Below, in pieces: positions 31,122 to 41,571 of a stretch of DNA of 64,000 nt. The notes beneath the pieces are model-generated. The model was given only the letters and a program-made list of their open reading frames with translations. It was not told where the DNA came from and made no database searches. Source of the stretch: Acidobacteriota bacterium (GTDB lineage: Bacteria > Acidobacteriota > UBA6911 > RPQK01 > G965248645); the NCBI GenBank assembly GCA_965248645.1, contig OZ252113.1, positions 155,522 through 219,521 of the forward strand. The letters are read 5' to 3'. Within the stretch, counting starts at the first letter, position 1. Every line of letters starts with the position of its first letter. The position numbers were made by a program, and so were the translations under genes.

Positions 31122-32204
31122 CTACGAGATCCGAGTTGGAGCAGACCTACTGATCAGTTGGCCAAACAACTTGGCGACGTAGTCGACCAAACTGATCGCC
31201 TTTCCATACTCCATTCGAGCTGGTCCTAAGACCCCTAGATGTCCTATGATCTGACGATTGTAAAGGTAAGGAGACGAGACTAGCGCCCAATCGCTCATTC
31301 CAGGAATGTGTCTACCAAGCCCGATCATTACCGCAGTCCCCTTGTGTTCTTCGTTCAGGCACTCCGTAATGATCTTAACCAGCCGCTTTTTCTTCTCGAC
31401 GATGTCGAAGAGCACCTTGACCAAGCTAATGTCCTCGAGTTCCAGCCTTTCAATGATTTGGGATGTTCGCCCAAAGTAGACTTCAGATTCCTCCTCCGCC
31501 GACTCTGGTGCCTTCAAGCCTGCCGATCCCAACAGGATAACATTCTTCATCATGCGGTCGTAGAGAGCCTTTTCTTTTTTCATGAGTTCCACAAGATCGT
31601 CACGTATTTGCATGAGGGTTTTCCCCGCGAAGTTCTCCACTAGGTAGCCACTTGCCTGATCCAGTTCATCCTGGCTTAAGTCTTTGTCCACGTGAATGAG
31701 GCGATGTTGTACCAGCCCGGAGTGTGTCACTAGGATGACCGAGATACGCTGCTGAGAAATCTTAATGAACGCGATTCGCTTCATGGTCGTTAAAGACAGA
31801 GGCGGTCCTAGCACGAAACCGATATTGCTGGAAAGGGAGGAAAGGATCTGTGAGGTTCGACTCATCAGTTTGCCGGGGTCCACTTCCGGTTCTAGGCTCC
31901 TTCTGATTCGATTAACCTCTCGATCGGAGAGCATCCTAGTTTCCAGCAGAGAATCGACATAGAAACGATAGCCCTTGTCCGTAGGAACTCGACCAGCAGA
32001 AGTGTGAGGCTGAGTGAGAAAACCGATCTTTTCCAAACTCGCCATGACGTTTCGAACGGTGGCTGCGCTCAGTCCTTCCTCGTCCAATTTCGCCACCTTT
32101 CGTGAACCAACCGGCCTACCTGTGCGCACATATTGGTGAACGATTGCCTTGAGAATGTTTCTCTCTCGCCTGCTCAAACCCACTTGGATCACGCGATTAC
32201 CCAT
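31122..32204 (-). CDS. hrcA: heat-inducible transcription repressor HrcA
   Basis: Winged-helix N-terminus 'ERNILKAIVHQYVRTGRPVGSRKV'; 'PHTSAGRVPT'. Confidence 0.9.
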   Translation of the reverse strand: MGNRVIQVGLSRRERNILKAIVHQYVRTGRPVGSRKVAKLDEEGLSAATVRNVMASLEKIGFLTQPHTSAGRVPTDKGYRFYVDSLLETRMLSDREVNRIRRSLEPEVDPGKLMSRTSQILSSLSSNIGFVLGPPLSLTTMKRIAFIKISQQRISVILVTHSGLVQHRLIHVDKDLSQDELDQASGYLVENFAGKTLMQIRDDLVELMKKEKALYDRMMKNVILLGSAGLKAPESAEEESEVYFGRTSQIIERLELEDISLVKVLFDIVEKKKRLVKIITECLNEEHKGTAVMIGLGRHIPGMSDWALVSSPYLYNRQIIGHLGVLGPARMEYGKAISLVDYVAKLFGQLISRSAPTRIS

Positions 32205-32303
32205 GACCGCTACCCGTTTAGGATAATAACCTGCTAATCCTATAGCATAGGTCTAAGTAGACGCAATGGGATAAGAGAAGTGATAGGTTGATGAATAGAT
32301 GCA

Positions 32304-33065
32304 TCATGCGGCGATGAGCGGATTCAAAGACGGATTGGGAGTTAAGCGGACCCGGAAGACCTCTTCAAAGGCGGATTTCAGTGCCTGAGCGAGGACTTCG
32401 AACGAGATGCTTCTTCGGCCAGCTTCAGCCACCGAGATGACAGCACCCTTCAACTGGTCTTCTGGCGTGTCAAGTGCGGCGGCCATGGTTGGATAGTCTA
32501 AGCGTAACGGTATTGAGCCGTGTTGAAGAAAGCTGCGCGTCAGTCTTTTCTGAGAGCTGCCAACGATCTTGCGATCCTGACTCAACAGTTCGTAACGCGA
32601 GTGTGAAAGGAAACAGGGTCTAGCTCGGCCGGTTCTCGGATGAGTCAAAGACCGGGAGCTACGAGATGCAAGATCGGTCTTAACACCCACCAATTCCAAG
32701 CCTTTTTGCAAGCCTGAGGCGATACGGAAGTAGATCTTGCTGGGAGGCCAAAGTGGGAAGTACCGAGTATCGTTGGAGACCACAGCATAAGTCAATTCAT
32801 CTGCGTGGAAAACTGCCCTTCCTCCTGTAGGACGGCATACCACTGGGATCCTGTAGTCCTCACAGTAGTGGACATCAATTGTGCTCTCCCTTCTCTGATT
32901 TCTCCCCACCGAAACGGTGGAAACGTTCCAGGTATAGAAGCGCACAATCGTGCTTGGATCGGGACAGCGTTCCAGCCACTGCAACAAGCCTTCGTCAATG
33001 GCCATGTTGCGGGAACCAGAAAGTGAGGGATCCACGATGTAAAGCCAGTCGGAGCCTGTGGTCAC
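32304..33065 (-). CDS. lipoate-protein ligase / octanoyltransferase family (BPL/LPL catalytic domain)
   Basis: 'RRPTGGRAVFHADELTYAVV' and 'QKRLTRSFLQHGSI' match the LplA/LipM-type catalytic domain. Confidence 0.7.
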   Translation of the reverse strand: MTTGSDWLYIVDPSLSGSRNMAIDEGLLQWLERCPDPSTIVRFYTWNVSTVSVGRNQRRESTIDVHYCEDYRIPVVCRPTGGRAVFHADELTYAVVSNDTRYFPLWPPSKIYFRIASGLQKGLELVGVKTDLASRSSRSLTHPRTGRARPCFLSHSRYELLSQDRKIVGSSQKRLTRSFLQHGSIPLRLDYPTMAAALDTPEDQLKGAVISVAEAGRRSISFEVLAQALKSAFEEVFRVRLTPNPSLNPLIAA

Positions 33066-33145
33066 CGCTTTATCCTGGACGCTTTAGCCCCTGACTGTTT
33101 TCTACGACTGGCCAGATTGGCATTACAAAGCATTCTGATCCTGGG

Positions 33146-34774
33146 TTAGGGTTTCACAAATGAGTGATAGGAAACTCCCTGTTTTTTTGATGGCTGGTTG
33201 AAGAAGACAACGCGCAGAATCACGCCACTACCCGAGCGAATGGCCGTGACTCTTTCCTTGAGTTTTTGAGCTGTTTGCACCTGACTTCCATTGACCTGAG
33301 TGATAATCATGTTGCTGAGCAATCCTGCCGCATCAGCCAGACTGGCAGGACTGACTTTGAGAATACGAACGCCTTGCTCATTCTGTAAACCCATCCGTTC
33401 TGCCTCTTGGGTTGTCAACGTTTCGAACTCCAAACCAATTTCTTTGGTTCTTTCTCTTTCTTCCCTTTCTTCAAAGGAGAGGCTTTCGGGATCATGGGGC
33501 TGGTGCCCCAACGTTCTTTCAGCCAATTGGACCTGAAGATCCAGTCTCTTGCCCTCCCGTAGCGCAACCAGTTCCACGTTTTTTCCTGGAGCAGTGTTAG
33601 CCACCGTCGAACGGAGATCGAAATTCGTCTCAATTTCCAGCCCACCAAAGCGAACGATCACATCCTCAGACCGAATCCCCGCCTCGTATGCGGGACCGGT
33701 TTCGGCTGGGTTTCCAAATTCATCGATCAGCTGGGTGATCAGAACTCCATCACCGTCTCTGATGCCCTCAGGGTCAGTCCCAGCTATCTTGAAGAACTCC
33801 GCCATTTCCGGCGTCATAGGAAGAGCGTTCATTTCCACTCCCAACCACCCCCGCTCAATTTTACCTTTGGTAATCAGCTGATTGTAAGCGTTGATAAATA
33901 TGTGGGAAGGAATGGCGAAGCCTACCCCAACTGAACCGCCGCTTCGCGTAGAAATGAAACTATTGATGCCAATTACCTCGCCTCGCAGGTTCACTAGGGG
34001 ACCCCCACTGTTGCCAGGATTGATGGAGGCATCTGTCTGGATGTAGTCTCCAAAGATGTTGCCGACACCACCAAACATTTCTCCCAATCTTCCGGTGAAT
34101 GATACGATCCCTGCTGTGACCGTCTGTTCCAGACCAAAGGGACTGCCGACAGCGAGAACCCAGTCTCCCACCTGCATCTTGGAGGTCTCACCGACGCGGG
34201 CAAAGGGTAAGGGTTGATCGCTATCAATTGTCAGAACGGCTACGTCGGAGTCGGGATCCGCTCCCTTGACCCGGGCCTCATATATACGACCATTGCTTAG
34301 CCGGATATTGATTTTCTCTGCCCGGGCGATAATGTGATAGTTAGTGAGGATGTATCCCTTGCTATCTACAATAAACCCTGAGCCCAAATTGGTCAGCTTT
34401 TGTGTTTTGGGCAGTTTACCAAAGTAGCGCTCGAAAAAGTCGTCTCCAAAGAATTCTCGAAAGGTATCCTCCTGTGGACCTTTGCTACTCCGGCTTCGCG
34501 ACGAGATCACCCTTGTCGTGTTGATATTGACCACAGCCGGTTCAATCTTCTTTGCTACTTGCGCAAATCCCTCCGATAGAGTCGCTTCTTGATTCAGGAC
34601 TAAGGGGTTGCCCTCACCCGAAACTTTAAGCTGGGAAATCTCAGCTTGCTCTTCGGCGCTAAACACTCCGTCAGATACAATCGTCCCGATCGTAATTCCA
34701 AAAGCAAGGGTGATCAAAAGAGCTAAGAAGCCCACTGTTTTATTGGATCTCATCAATGTATTAACGTTACTCAT
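33146..34774 (-). CDS. htrA: periplasmic serine endoprotease DegP/HtrA (trypsin-like domain plus 2 PDZ)
   Basis: Catalytic-Ser motif 'GNSGGPLVN'; His/Asp regions; two PDZ-like segments; N-terminal TM anchor. Confidence 0.9.
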   Translation of the reverse strand: MSNVNTLMRSNKTVGFLALLITLAFGITIGTIVSDGVFSAEEQAEISQLKVSGEGNPLVLNQEATLSEGFAQVAKKIEPAVVNINTTRVISSRSRSSKGPQEDTFREFFGDDFFERYFGKLPKTQKLTNLGSGFIVDSKGYILTNYHIIARAEKINIRLSNGRIYEARVKGADPDSDVAVLTIDSDQPLPFARVGETSKMQVGDWVLAVGSPFGLEQTVTAGIVSFTGRLGEMFGGVGNIFGDYIQTDASINPGNSGGPLVNLRGEVIGINSFISTRSGGSVGVGFAIPSHIFINAYNQLITKGKIERGWLGVEMNALPMTPEMAEFFKIAGTDPEGIRDGDGVLITQLIDEFGNPAETGPAYEAGIRSEDVIVRFGGLEIETNFDLRSTVANTAPGKNVELVALREGKRLDLQVQLAERTLGHQPHDPESLSFEEREERERTKEIGLEFETLTTQEAERMGLQNEQGVRILKVSPASLADAAGLLSNMIITQVNGSQVQTAQKLKERVTAIRSGSGVILRVVFFNQPSKKQGVSYHSFVKP

Positions 34775-35164
34775 TTAATCCTCCGGATCACGAATCGCAG
34801 TCCCAAAACCGAGTATTCTCCCTACCAATATATTGTACGCTAGCCTCTCCCAGTCGTTCATTTTTAGATTCTAGCACGGGACGGGATTGATCTAGCTCAC
34901 ATTTCTCATGCGCAGCCTATTGCATCACCGGAATTATTGATTTTGACTGTGTTGTGCTTGGCTGTCTTTTCGACGTGACTCTACGAGTACGCCTGCGGGA
35001 GCCTCAGTCGCAACATCTGGTCCAGCGGTCCCTTCCCGCGTTTCTCGGCTACGGCCCGGTGTGAGAAATGGGGGCTAGGACCGAGCCAAAAATCTGGAAA
35101 CCGAACATTAACCGGTCGACTTCACTCAGGTAACAGTCAATTTTTGTGGAGTTCGAATGACCAT

Positions 35165-36562
35165 TCACGCTTTCGATTTGACCTTCAGACGTCGCCTCGG
35201 CAACTGGTAGAGCGAGAAATAGCGTTGCGTGGCTTCCATAACCCTTGGGGCTAGCAGTAGGGTCGCAATCATATTAGGAAATGCCATCATAGCGAAGCTG
35301 ATGTCGATCAAGTTGACCACTGTCCGGGCGCTCCAAATCGCCCCCAGCAATAGCATCAGGAGGTAAAAGAAATCATAGAGGGCAGCCTTTTCGGCCCCAA
35401 AAAGGTACCCGAAGCATTTCTTTCCGTAGTATGAATAACCGAATATAGTGGACATCCCAAAGAGCACCACAATGGTCACCAGCGAAATTCTACCGAGTAA
35501 GCCCAGACTCGATTCGAAAGCGTGTAGAGTAAGGGAAACCCCCTGAACATCTGTAGTTGCCCAACTGTCTGTGGAGAGAATCACGAAGGACGTGAGAGAG
35601 CAAATGACTATGGTGTCAACGAAGGGACCCAGCATAGCCACCAATCCCTCCCGCACGGGCTGGTCCGTTTTAGCGGCACCGTGGGCCATTGGCGCGGTGC
35701 CTACCCCCGCTTCATTGGAGAAAACTGCTCGTTTAATCCCCGTCCGGGCAGCCACCATCATTCCTCCACAGGCCGTCCCGACGGTTGCCGAGTGGGTACC
35801 GGAGAAGGCGTCCTGGTATATTCGGTTGAAGATTGCGGGGATAACCATGTAGTTCTTAACCAGAATGTACGATACGCATACCAGATAGAGCAGACACATG
35901 CTGGGAACCACATAGCTGGCTACTGACGCAATGCGTTTTATTCCCCCCAAGATAACGAAAGCCGCCAAAGACAGGCAAACTAGTCCTGTAATCCATGGCT
36001 GGATCTGGTAGGTTTCCATCAGGATCTCAGCTAATTGGTTGCTTTGAAACAGGGCAAGGCAGCCGATCATGCCGCACATCGAGAAGAAAATGGCCAAAAA
36101 GCGGAATCTTTTTCCGAACCCATGCTCAATGTAATACATGGGGCCACCTTGAATTACACCCAGACTGTCTTTGCCCCGATACATAATTGCCAGAGTACAG
36201 GTAAAGAACTTGGTGGCCATCCCTACTAGAGCCGTGACCCACATCCAAAACACAGCACCGGCTCCTGCCTGGGTAATGGCGATGCCTACGCCACCAATGT
36301 TTCCCATTCCTACGGTCGCCGAAAGCGCCGTACTCAAGGCCTGGAAGTGACTAATCTGACCCGGTTTTGTTCCTTGGTCAAATTTTCCCTTTAGGACCTG
36401 GAAGGCATGACCCAGTCCCCAGAAGAGCAGGAGGCGGGAGAAAAGCGTCAAAAATAGTCCTCCCCCAACCAATAGGATTAGCAAGGGCGGTCCCCAAGCC
36501 CAATCAACCACTCGTGTAAGAACCCGATCAAACCTTTCGAAATCCCCTATCTGCAAAGTCAT
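35165..36562 (-). CDS. alanine/glycine:cation symporter (AGCS family)
   Basis: 'GMGNIGGVGIAITQAGAGAVFWMW' AGCS signature; ~11 TM segments. Confidence 0.9.
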   Translation of the reverse strand: MTLQIGDFERFDRVLTRVVDWAWGPPLLILLVGGGLFLTLFSRLLLFWGLGHAFQVLKGKFDQGTKPGQISHFQALSTALSATVGMGNIGGVGIAITQAGAGAVFWMWVTALVGMATKFFTCTLAIMYRGKDSLGVIQGGPMYYIEHGFGKRFRFLAIFFSMCGMIGCLALFQSNQLAEILMETYQIQPWITGLVCLSLAAFVILGGIKRIASVASYVVPSMCLLYLVCVSYILVKNYMVIPAIFNRIYQDAFSGTHSATVGTACGGMMVAARTGIKRAVFSNEAGVGTAPMAHGAAKTDQPVREGLVAMLGPFVDTIVICSLTSFVILSTDSWATTDVQGVSLTLHAFESSLGLLGRISLVTIVVLFGMSTIFGYSYYGKKCFGYLFGAEKAALYDFFYLLMLLLGAIWSARTVVNLIDISFAMMAFPNMIATLLLAPRVMEATQRYFSLYQLPRRRLKVKSKA

Positions 36563-36990
36563 TCTCCCTTCGGCAGATGATGTTTTCTCTCTATCAGTTC
36601 AACCGACCCTAAGCTGAGCCAGATCAGTCCAGTTAGAAACTTTCTAGCATATCGGAACTGGCCTACCCGCAAGCCCGGCAGTGAAGTTCCAAACCAAAAC
36701 TGGGGCCACAATCTTTCTAGCTCAGGTTCCAAGTTGGCGGTTATTCATTTGCCAGTCCAGTCACCGCGGGTGTGGATTTCCGCACCAGTGAAGATTCAAC
36801 TCAGGCGATTGCACGAGGTCCCGGGTTGGAGTGTGTTTTTCTACTGCAGAACGATCTTGAAATCAGCCTCCAAACCATTTTCCTGAGGTATGGCCAGGCG
36901 ACTTCCTATCCTTCCGCGAAGCTCCAACTAGGCCAACCCTGATTTAACATTGCATAGCTTATCTGTTGTCCACACCAGAATTCTGAAGTA

Positions 36991-39228
36991 TCAGATCAAT
37001 CTCAGTCGAGCGTAGCGCTGCAACATTTTCTTGATGCCCATGCCTGGGAAGCGGACTGTTACCTTCAGATCATTTCCGGTGTCCTGCACCTCCAGAACCT
37101 GGCCCTGACCATATTTTTCATGAAAAACACTTGCGCCCGACACAAGAGTGTCTCTGACTCGCTTAGTTTTACGAATACCTGTGGAAGACAAGGGGTAACC
37201 ATGGTCTTTTCCAGGACGGCCCAAAGGGTTGACCAGAGGTTTTCCAAATGGAGTTTGCTTGAGGAGGCCACTAGAAGAGAGGGAATTTACCGACCTGCTC
37301 TCCAATGGAAAGCGGGGTTGAATCAAGTGTTGAGGAATTTCCGCCAGGAAGCGACTGGGCTGGTTTAATTTTCCTATCTCACTCCCAAAAAAGCGGCGCC
37401 TTTGCGAGTAGGTTAAGTAGAGCCTTCTTTGAGCACGGGTAATGCCGACATAACACAATCGGCGCTCCTCCTCCAGGTCGTCCTGTGACAGTGAACGACT
37501 GTGCGGGAACAGACCTTCTTCGCAGCCTACCAGGAAAACGATCGGGAACTCGAGTCCCTTGGCATTGTGAAGTGTCATCAGAGTCACCGGGGCCGACTCG
37601 TCGTATTCGTCTGCTTCTGAGTGCAGTGCGGCATGATCCAGGAATTCCTGTAGGGGCTGGAGCCTTTGAGCATAGTCCTGGGCCAGTGCGAGCAATTCTT
37701 TGAGGTTCAGGGCCCTCTGGTTGGCTTCTTCCGTCCCTTCGGCTTGCAAGGCAGCTAGATAACCGCTGGACTCCAGGATTTTTTTCAGAGCGGAAGGCAG
37801 GGGCTTTTGTAGTAAACTCTGCCACTTCTTCACTGACTCGGTGAAGGATTCCAAGGCTCGCTGACTCCTGGTCGGTAAAATGCCTTGATAGAGGGACTGA
37901 GTCAGGGTAGACCAAAGGCTGGAGGAACTTTCTCTCATACTTTTCTGAAGGTGGTCAAGTGTGACCCGTCCAATTCCCCTTGGTGGTTCGTTAATAATCC
38001 TCAATAAGGAGACGTTGTCGTCTGGATTGCGCGCTACACGGAGAAAGGCGAGTGCGTCTTTGATCTCCCTCCGATGGTAGAAGCTGAGACTTCCAAGCAG
38101 CTTGTAAGTAATTCCCAGACGGTTAAGAGCTTCTTCGAATTGCCGGGATTGAAAGTTTGTGCGATAGAGAACTGCTATCCCTTCTTCTCCTTCCTGCACA
38201 TGTTGATGGATCCGATAAGTCACATAAAGCGCCTCTTCTGCAGCATTCTGGGCTTCATAGAGTTCAATCAGTTCCCCGGCTGAGTTCTTCGTCCAAAGCG
38301 TCTTGCCCTTTCGGCCCCTGTTGTGTCCGATCATACTCGCAGCGGCGTTTAAAATAGTTTGGGTCGATCGATAGTTTTCCTCTAGCTTGACGACGACAGC
38401 ACCTGGAAAGTCCGACTCAAAGCGCAGAATGTTGCCAATATCCGCACCTCGAAACCCATAGATCGACTGATCTTCATCGCCAACCGCGCTGATGTTTTGG
38501 TGTACCGAAGCGAGAGATCTGACCATATCGTACTGTGGAGGATTGGTATCTTGATATTCGTCAATCAACAGATACCGATAGAGTTGTGCATAGTGCTCAC
38601 GGATCTGAGGTAGCTCTTCCAACAAGCGGACTGTCAGTAAGATGAGGCCGTCGAAGTCGACCGCCTTAGAGCGCTTGAGATAGTTCTCATAAGCACTAAA
38701 TATGTTGGAAATTACCTCGGTATCCTCATCGCGGGCGAGCTGCCGATACTTTTCGGGACCCCACTTTCTGTTCTTGGCTCGACTGATCAGCGCCTGGGTC
38801 TTCCGAATGGGTAACTCAACTTCGCTCAGGCCGAGTTGCTGGTAAACTGTTCTCAGAATTTTCCTTTGATCCTCCCTATCGCAGATGGTGAAATCGCGGC
38901 GATAATCTAGTAAATGTGCGTGACGACGGAGCAGGCGGGTGGCAAAAGAGTGAAAGGTACAGACTAAAGGAGTAGTGAGAAACTGTGGCAGAAGCCCTTC
39001 CACTCGGCTTCGCATCTCCTTGGCTGCCTTATTGGTGAAGGTGACGGCGAGGATCTGCTCGGTCTGGCAGATTTTTTGATCGATTAAAAAAGCAATCTTA
39101 CAGGTAATAGTACGGGTTTTACCGCTGCCGGCACCCGCCAGAATGAGCATCGGCCCCTCGCTATGAGACACTGCAAAACGCTGCTGCTCATTCAAATCCT
39201 GCAAATAGCCTGCTGGGGAGACGAGCAT
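36991..39228 (-). CDS. pcrA: ATP-dependent DNA helicase PcrA/UvrD (superfamily 1)
   Basis: Walker A 'GAGSGKT'; motif II 'DEYQDTN'; 'VTLMTLHNAKGLEF'. Confidence 0.9.
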   Translation of the reverse strand: MLVSPAGYLQDLNEQQRFAVSHSEGPMLILAGAGSGKTRTITCKIAFLIDQKICQTEQILAVTFTNKAAKEMRSRVEGLLPQFLTTPLVCTFHSFATRLLRRHAHLLDYRRDFTICDREDQRKILRTVYQQLGLSEVELPIRKTQALISRAKNRKWGPEKYRQLARDEDTEVISNIFSAYENYLKRSKAVDFDGLILLTVRLLEELPQIREHYAQLYRYLLIDEYQDTNPPQYDMVRSLASVHQNISAVGDEDQSIYGFRGADIGNILRFESDFPGAVVVKLEENYRSTQTILNAAASMIGHNRGRKGKTLWTKNSAGELIELYEAQNAAEEALYVTYRIHQHVQEGEEGIAVLYRTNFQSRQFEEALNRLGITYKLLGSLSFYHRREIKDALAFLRVARNPDDNVSLLRIINEPPRGIGRVTLDHLQKSMRESSSSLWSTLTQSLYQGILPTRSQRALESFTESVKKWQSLLQKPLPSALKKILESSGYLAALQAEGTEEANQRALNLKELLALAQDYAQRLQPLQEFLDHAALHSEADEYDESAPVTLMTLHNAKGLEFPIVFLVGCEEGLFPHSRSLSQDDLEEERRLCYVGITRAQRRLYLTYSQRRRFFGSEIGKLNQPSRFLAEIPQHLIQPRFPLESRSVNSLSSSGLLKQTPFGKPLVNPLGRPGKDHGYPLSSTGIRKTKRVRDTLVSGASVFHEKYGQGQVLEVQDTGNDLKVTVRFPGMGIKKMLQRYARLRLI

Positions 39229-39295
39229 CGTGCAATCGGCAGGGTTTATTGATCATTTACCTCAGGTGAAAGCACGACAACTGAGGAAATTGAAT

Positions 39296-40444
39296 CTATC
39301 TCCTGGTCACACGCTGGACGAATTCTTCAACCCCTGCCAACGAGTCATTGTGGGTCGATCTGTAGAGTTTTTCAAGGTTTCTTCGGCACTTTTTGGCGGC
39401 AGGAGCGGATGTCTGCACCGAACCCTTCGCAAAGGCTTCCATGGCAGGATCGATCCTTCTTTGTCGCCAACGGCTCAAGCCAATGTTGTACCAGGCCTCA
39501 GCCTTGAGACTATTCTTCTTGGCGTAACCCAATACTTTTTCGTAGTTTGAGATCGCTGAGGTCCATCTCCGCCGCTTAGCTGCATCTTGCCCCATGATTG
39601 CGTAAGCCTGCACCTTCTTTTCGTCAAAATAATTCTTCCAAGTCTGTCCGCTGAACTGAGGAGAATTTTCGATCGCCGTGAGGCCCGCAATCGACTTAGC
39701 GGCATACTCGGTCGCCTTACCCAGTTGTTCTTTGGCCATGGAAAGTCGCGTCAGCTCCGGTAAGATTAGGGCACAATCCTTTGGTTTGGCAGTTGCGCAG
39801 GCCTTTTCTCCATACCGAAAGACTTTTTCGTCATTGTTTAATCGGAGGTAGGAGTCAGCCAGAATGAAGGAAAGGTAGGGCAAATCTGGGTTGGAAGCAT
39901 AGAGTCGTTCCCCGTATTGGGTCGCCTTATCGTACTGCTGGAGCTGGTAATAGCTGTAATAGGTCATGTTCAGTGCGCTGGGATTATCCGGCTGGAGTGC
40001 TAACAACTTCTCGCCTGCCATAGCCGTCTTTTGAGTCTGGCCATTCCTGCGATAACTCTCCATCACTTTAACGTATTCATGGGAAACATGTTCATACAAG
40101 ATAGACTTCGGGTAGGTCTTGAGGAAGGCAATGGCAGCCTCCTCTTTAGTGGCAGGATCAGGTGCGTCTTTGATTACCTGATAGGTTCGATATTCGGTTC
40201 TGTATTGCTTGTCTAGTCGTGGGTTCTGTTCTACACCCTTGCCTCGGAGGACCATGCTACCGAGTATCAAAAAGCAGAACGCCTCCAAAAATATTTTTCT
40301 GACAAATCCAATTTTCATTGTTTGAGCTGACCTCCCCGTAAAGTGTTTCTCAACCACTGCACCGCCAGTTCCTGGGGAAAAAATTCCTTTTCGAGCTGGA
40401 CGACGATACCATAAAATTGTAAAGATTTTCAGTTGTCTTGACAA
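39296..40444 (-). CDS. secreted TPR-repeat protein
   Basis: Signal/TM segment plus multiple TPR-like repeats. Confidence 0.65.
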   Translation of the reverse strand: MSRQLKIFTILWYRRPARKGIFSPGTGGAVVEKHFTGRSAQTMKIGFVRKIFLEAFCFLILGSMVLRGKGVEQNPRLDKQYRTEYRTYQVIKDAPDPATKEEAAIAFLKTYPKSILYEHVSHEYVKVMESYRRNGQTQKTAMAGEKLLALQPDNPSALNMTYYSYYQLQQYDKATQYGERLYASNPDLPYLSFILADSYLRLNNDEKVFRYGEKACATAKPKDCALILPELTRLSMAKEQLGKATEYAAKSIAGLTAIENSPQFSGQTWKNYFDEKKVQAYAIMGQDAAKRRRWTSAISNYEKVLGYAKKNSLKAEAWYNIGLSRWRQRRIDPAMEAFAKGSVQTSAPAAKKCRRNLEKLYRSTHNDSLAGVEEFVQRVTRR

Positions 40445-40471
40445 TAGATTTATTCTGATTGCTTTGATTGG

Positions 40472-41491
40472 ATGAAGTTACAAGACGGGAAAACGTTTCG
40501 CGTGGATAAGACCTTTAGAGGAAGGCTCGATGTTTTATCGGTGGATGCAATTGATTTCCACGATGGTACTTTCGCACTTTCTCCCCCATTTGCCGCTATT
40601 GATCAACTATTGAACTCAATTCGGGCGGTAGGAATTCTGTCTCCGCTGCATGTCCAGGCCACCAAGGAGAAGTTTCGGATTGTCAGTGGCTTTAGAAGGT
40701 ACCGGGTAGCTCGCGAGCTTGGCCTAACAGAATTACCTTGTATTGTTCGGTGGGCAGAGGACGAGCTGACTCTTTTTGTCCAGACGCTCGTTGAAAATCT
40801 AGGGACACGGCTTCTTCATGAGTTGGAGAAGGCTTGTAGCCTTTATAAGCTGAGACATTACTTCCAGATCGGTCCAAGAAGTCTAATGGATTATTTTTCC
40901 CCCCTTTTGCAAATCCCGGCTGACCATTTCCACATAGAGTACTATCTTCGGTTGGCCGATCTTTCTGAGCAGCTCCAGAGGGCAGTCCTCAATGGCCTGA
41001 CTCCTCAGATCGCTCTGAAAATAGCCAGGTGGGGCAGCGATGAACAGAAACGTTTTCTCGAACTAGTCCGGAAATACAGCCTTGGCAAGAACAAGCAAAA
41101 AGCCCTTTTCGTTCTGCTCGACGAAAGTTGTACTATGGAACAGCCGACTGAAGGGGGTTCCCAGTTTCAGCATGTCTGGAAACAGAGCGGCGCTGAACGG
41201 ATCGATCGAGAGGCGCGGTTTCCGGCTTCGGATCACTTTCAAAGAATCATGGAGGCGCTGCGGAATTTTCGGTTTCCGGTTCTGGGGCAGTACCAAAAAC
41301 GCTACGATGAGCTCAAGAGCTGCCTGGGGATCCCACCCCTCATTCACTTCCAACCTCCCCCCTACTTCGAAGGAGACCGAATCGCCTTATCGTTTACCTT
41401 TCGCAGCCCGCAAGAGTTGCAGGAGGTGGCAGAAAAACTGAGAGCGACTTCTGAAAAGGACGAGTTGAAAGAGATCTTCGAATTGTTGTGA
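40472..41491 (+). CDS. ParB/Srx-like N-terminal domain protein with uncharacterised C-terminal half
   Basis: 'KFRIVSGFRRYRVARELGLTELPCIV' matches the ParB GxxRxxA box; no ParA partner nearby. Confidence 0.65.
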   Translation: MKLQDGKTFRVDKTFRGRLDVLSVDAIDFHDGTFALSPPFAAIDQLLNSIRAVGILSPLHVQATKEKFRIVSGFRRYRVARELGLTELPCIVRWAEDELTLFVQTLVENLGTRLLHELEKACSLYKLRHYFQIGPRSLMDYFSPLLQIPADHFHIEYYLRLADLSEQLQRAVLNGLTPQIALKIARWGSDEQKRFLELVRKYSLGKNKQKALFVLLDESCTMEQPTEGGSQFQHVWKQSGAERIDREARFPASDHFQRIMEALRNFRFPVLGQYQKRYDELKSCLGIPPLIHFQPPPYFEGDRIALSFTFRSPQELQEVAEKLRATSEKDELKEIFELL

Positions 41492-41571
41492 AGCTTGGAA
41501 GCGTCTGAAGGGGAAGAAGAAAGTCAGTTAGAGGCTAGAGGGGTGAAGAGTTAGGAAGGACAAAAGAAGGC

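Noticed and set aside
32205-32303. Searched for CIRCE (TTAGCACTC-N9-GAGTGCTAA) upstream of hrcA
   Set aside because: Not present; only an unrelated imperfect palindrome, reported as a finding instead.
36563-36990. Possible glycine riboswitch in the 430-nt region upstream of the alanine:cation symporter, a frequent glycine-riboswitch target
   Set aside because: No GGAGAG...CACCGAAGGGGCAA aptamer blocks on the minus strand. The only 'CCGAAGGGAGA' is the Shine-Dalgarno directly before the ATG.
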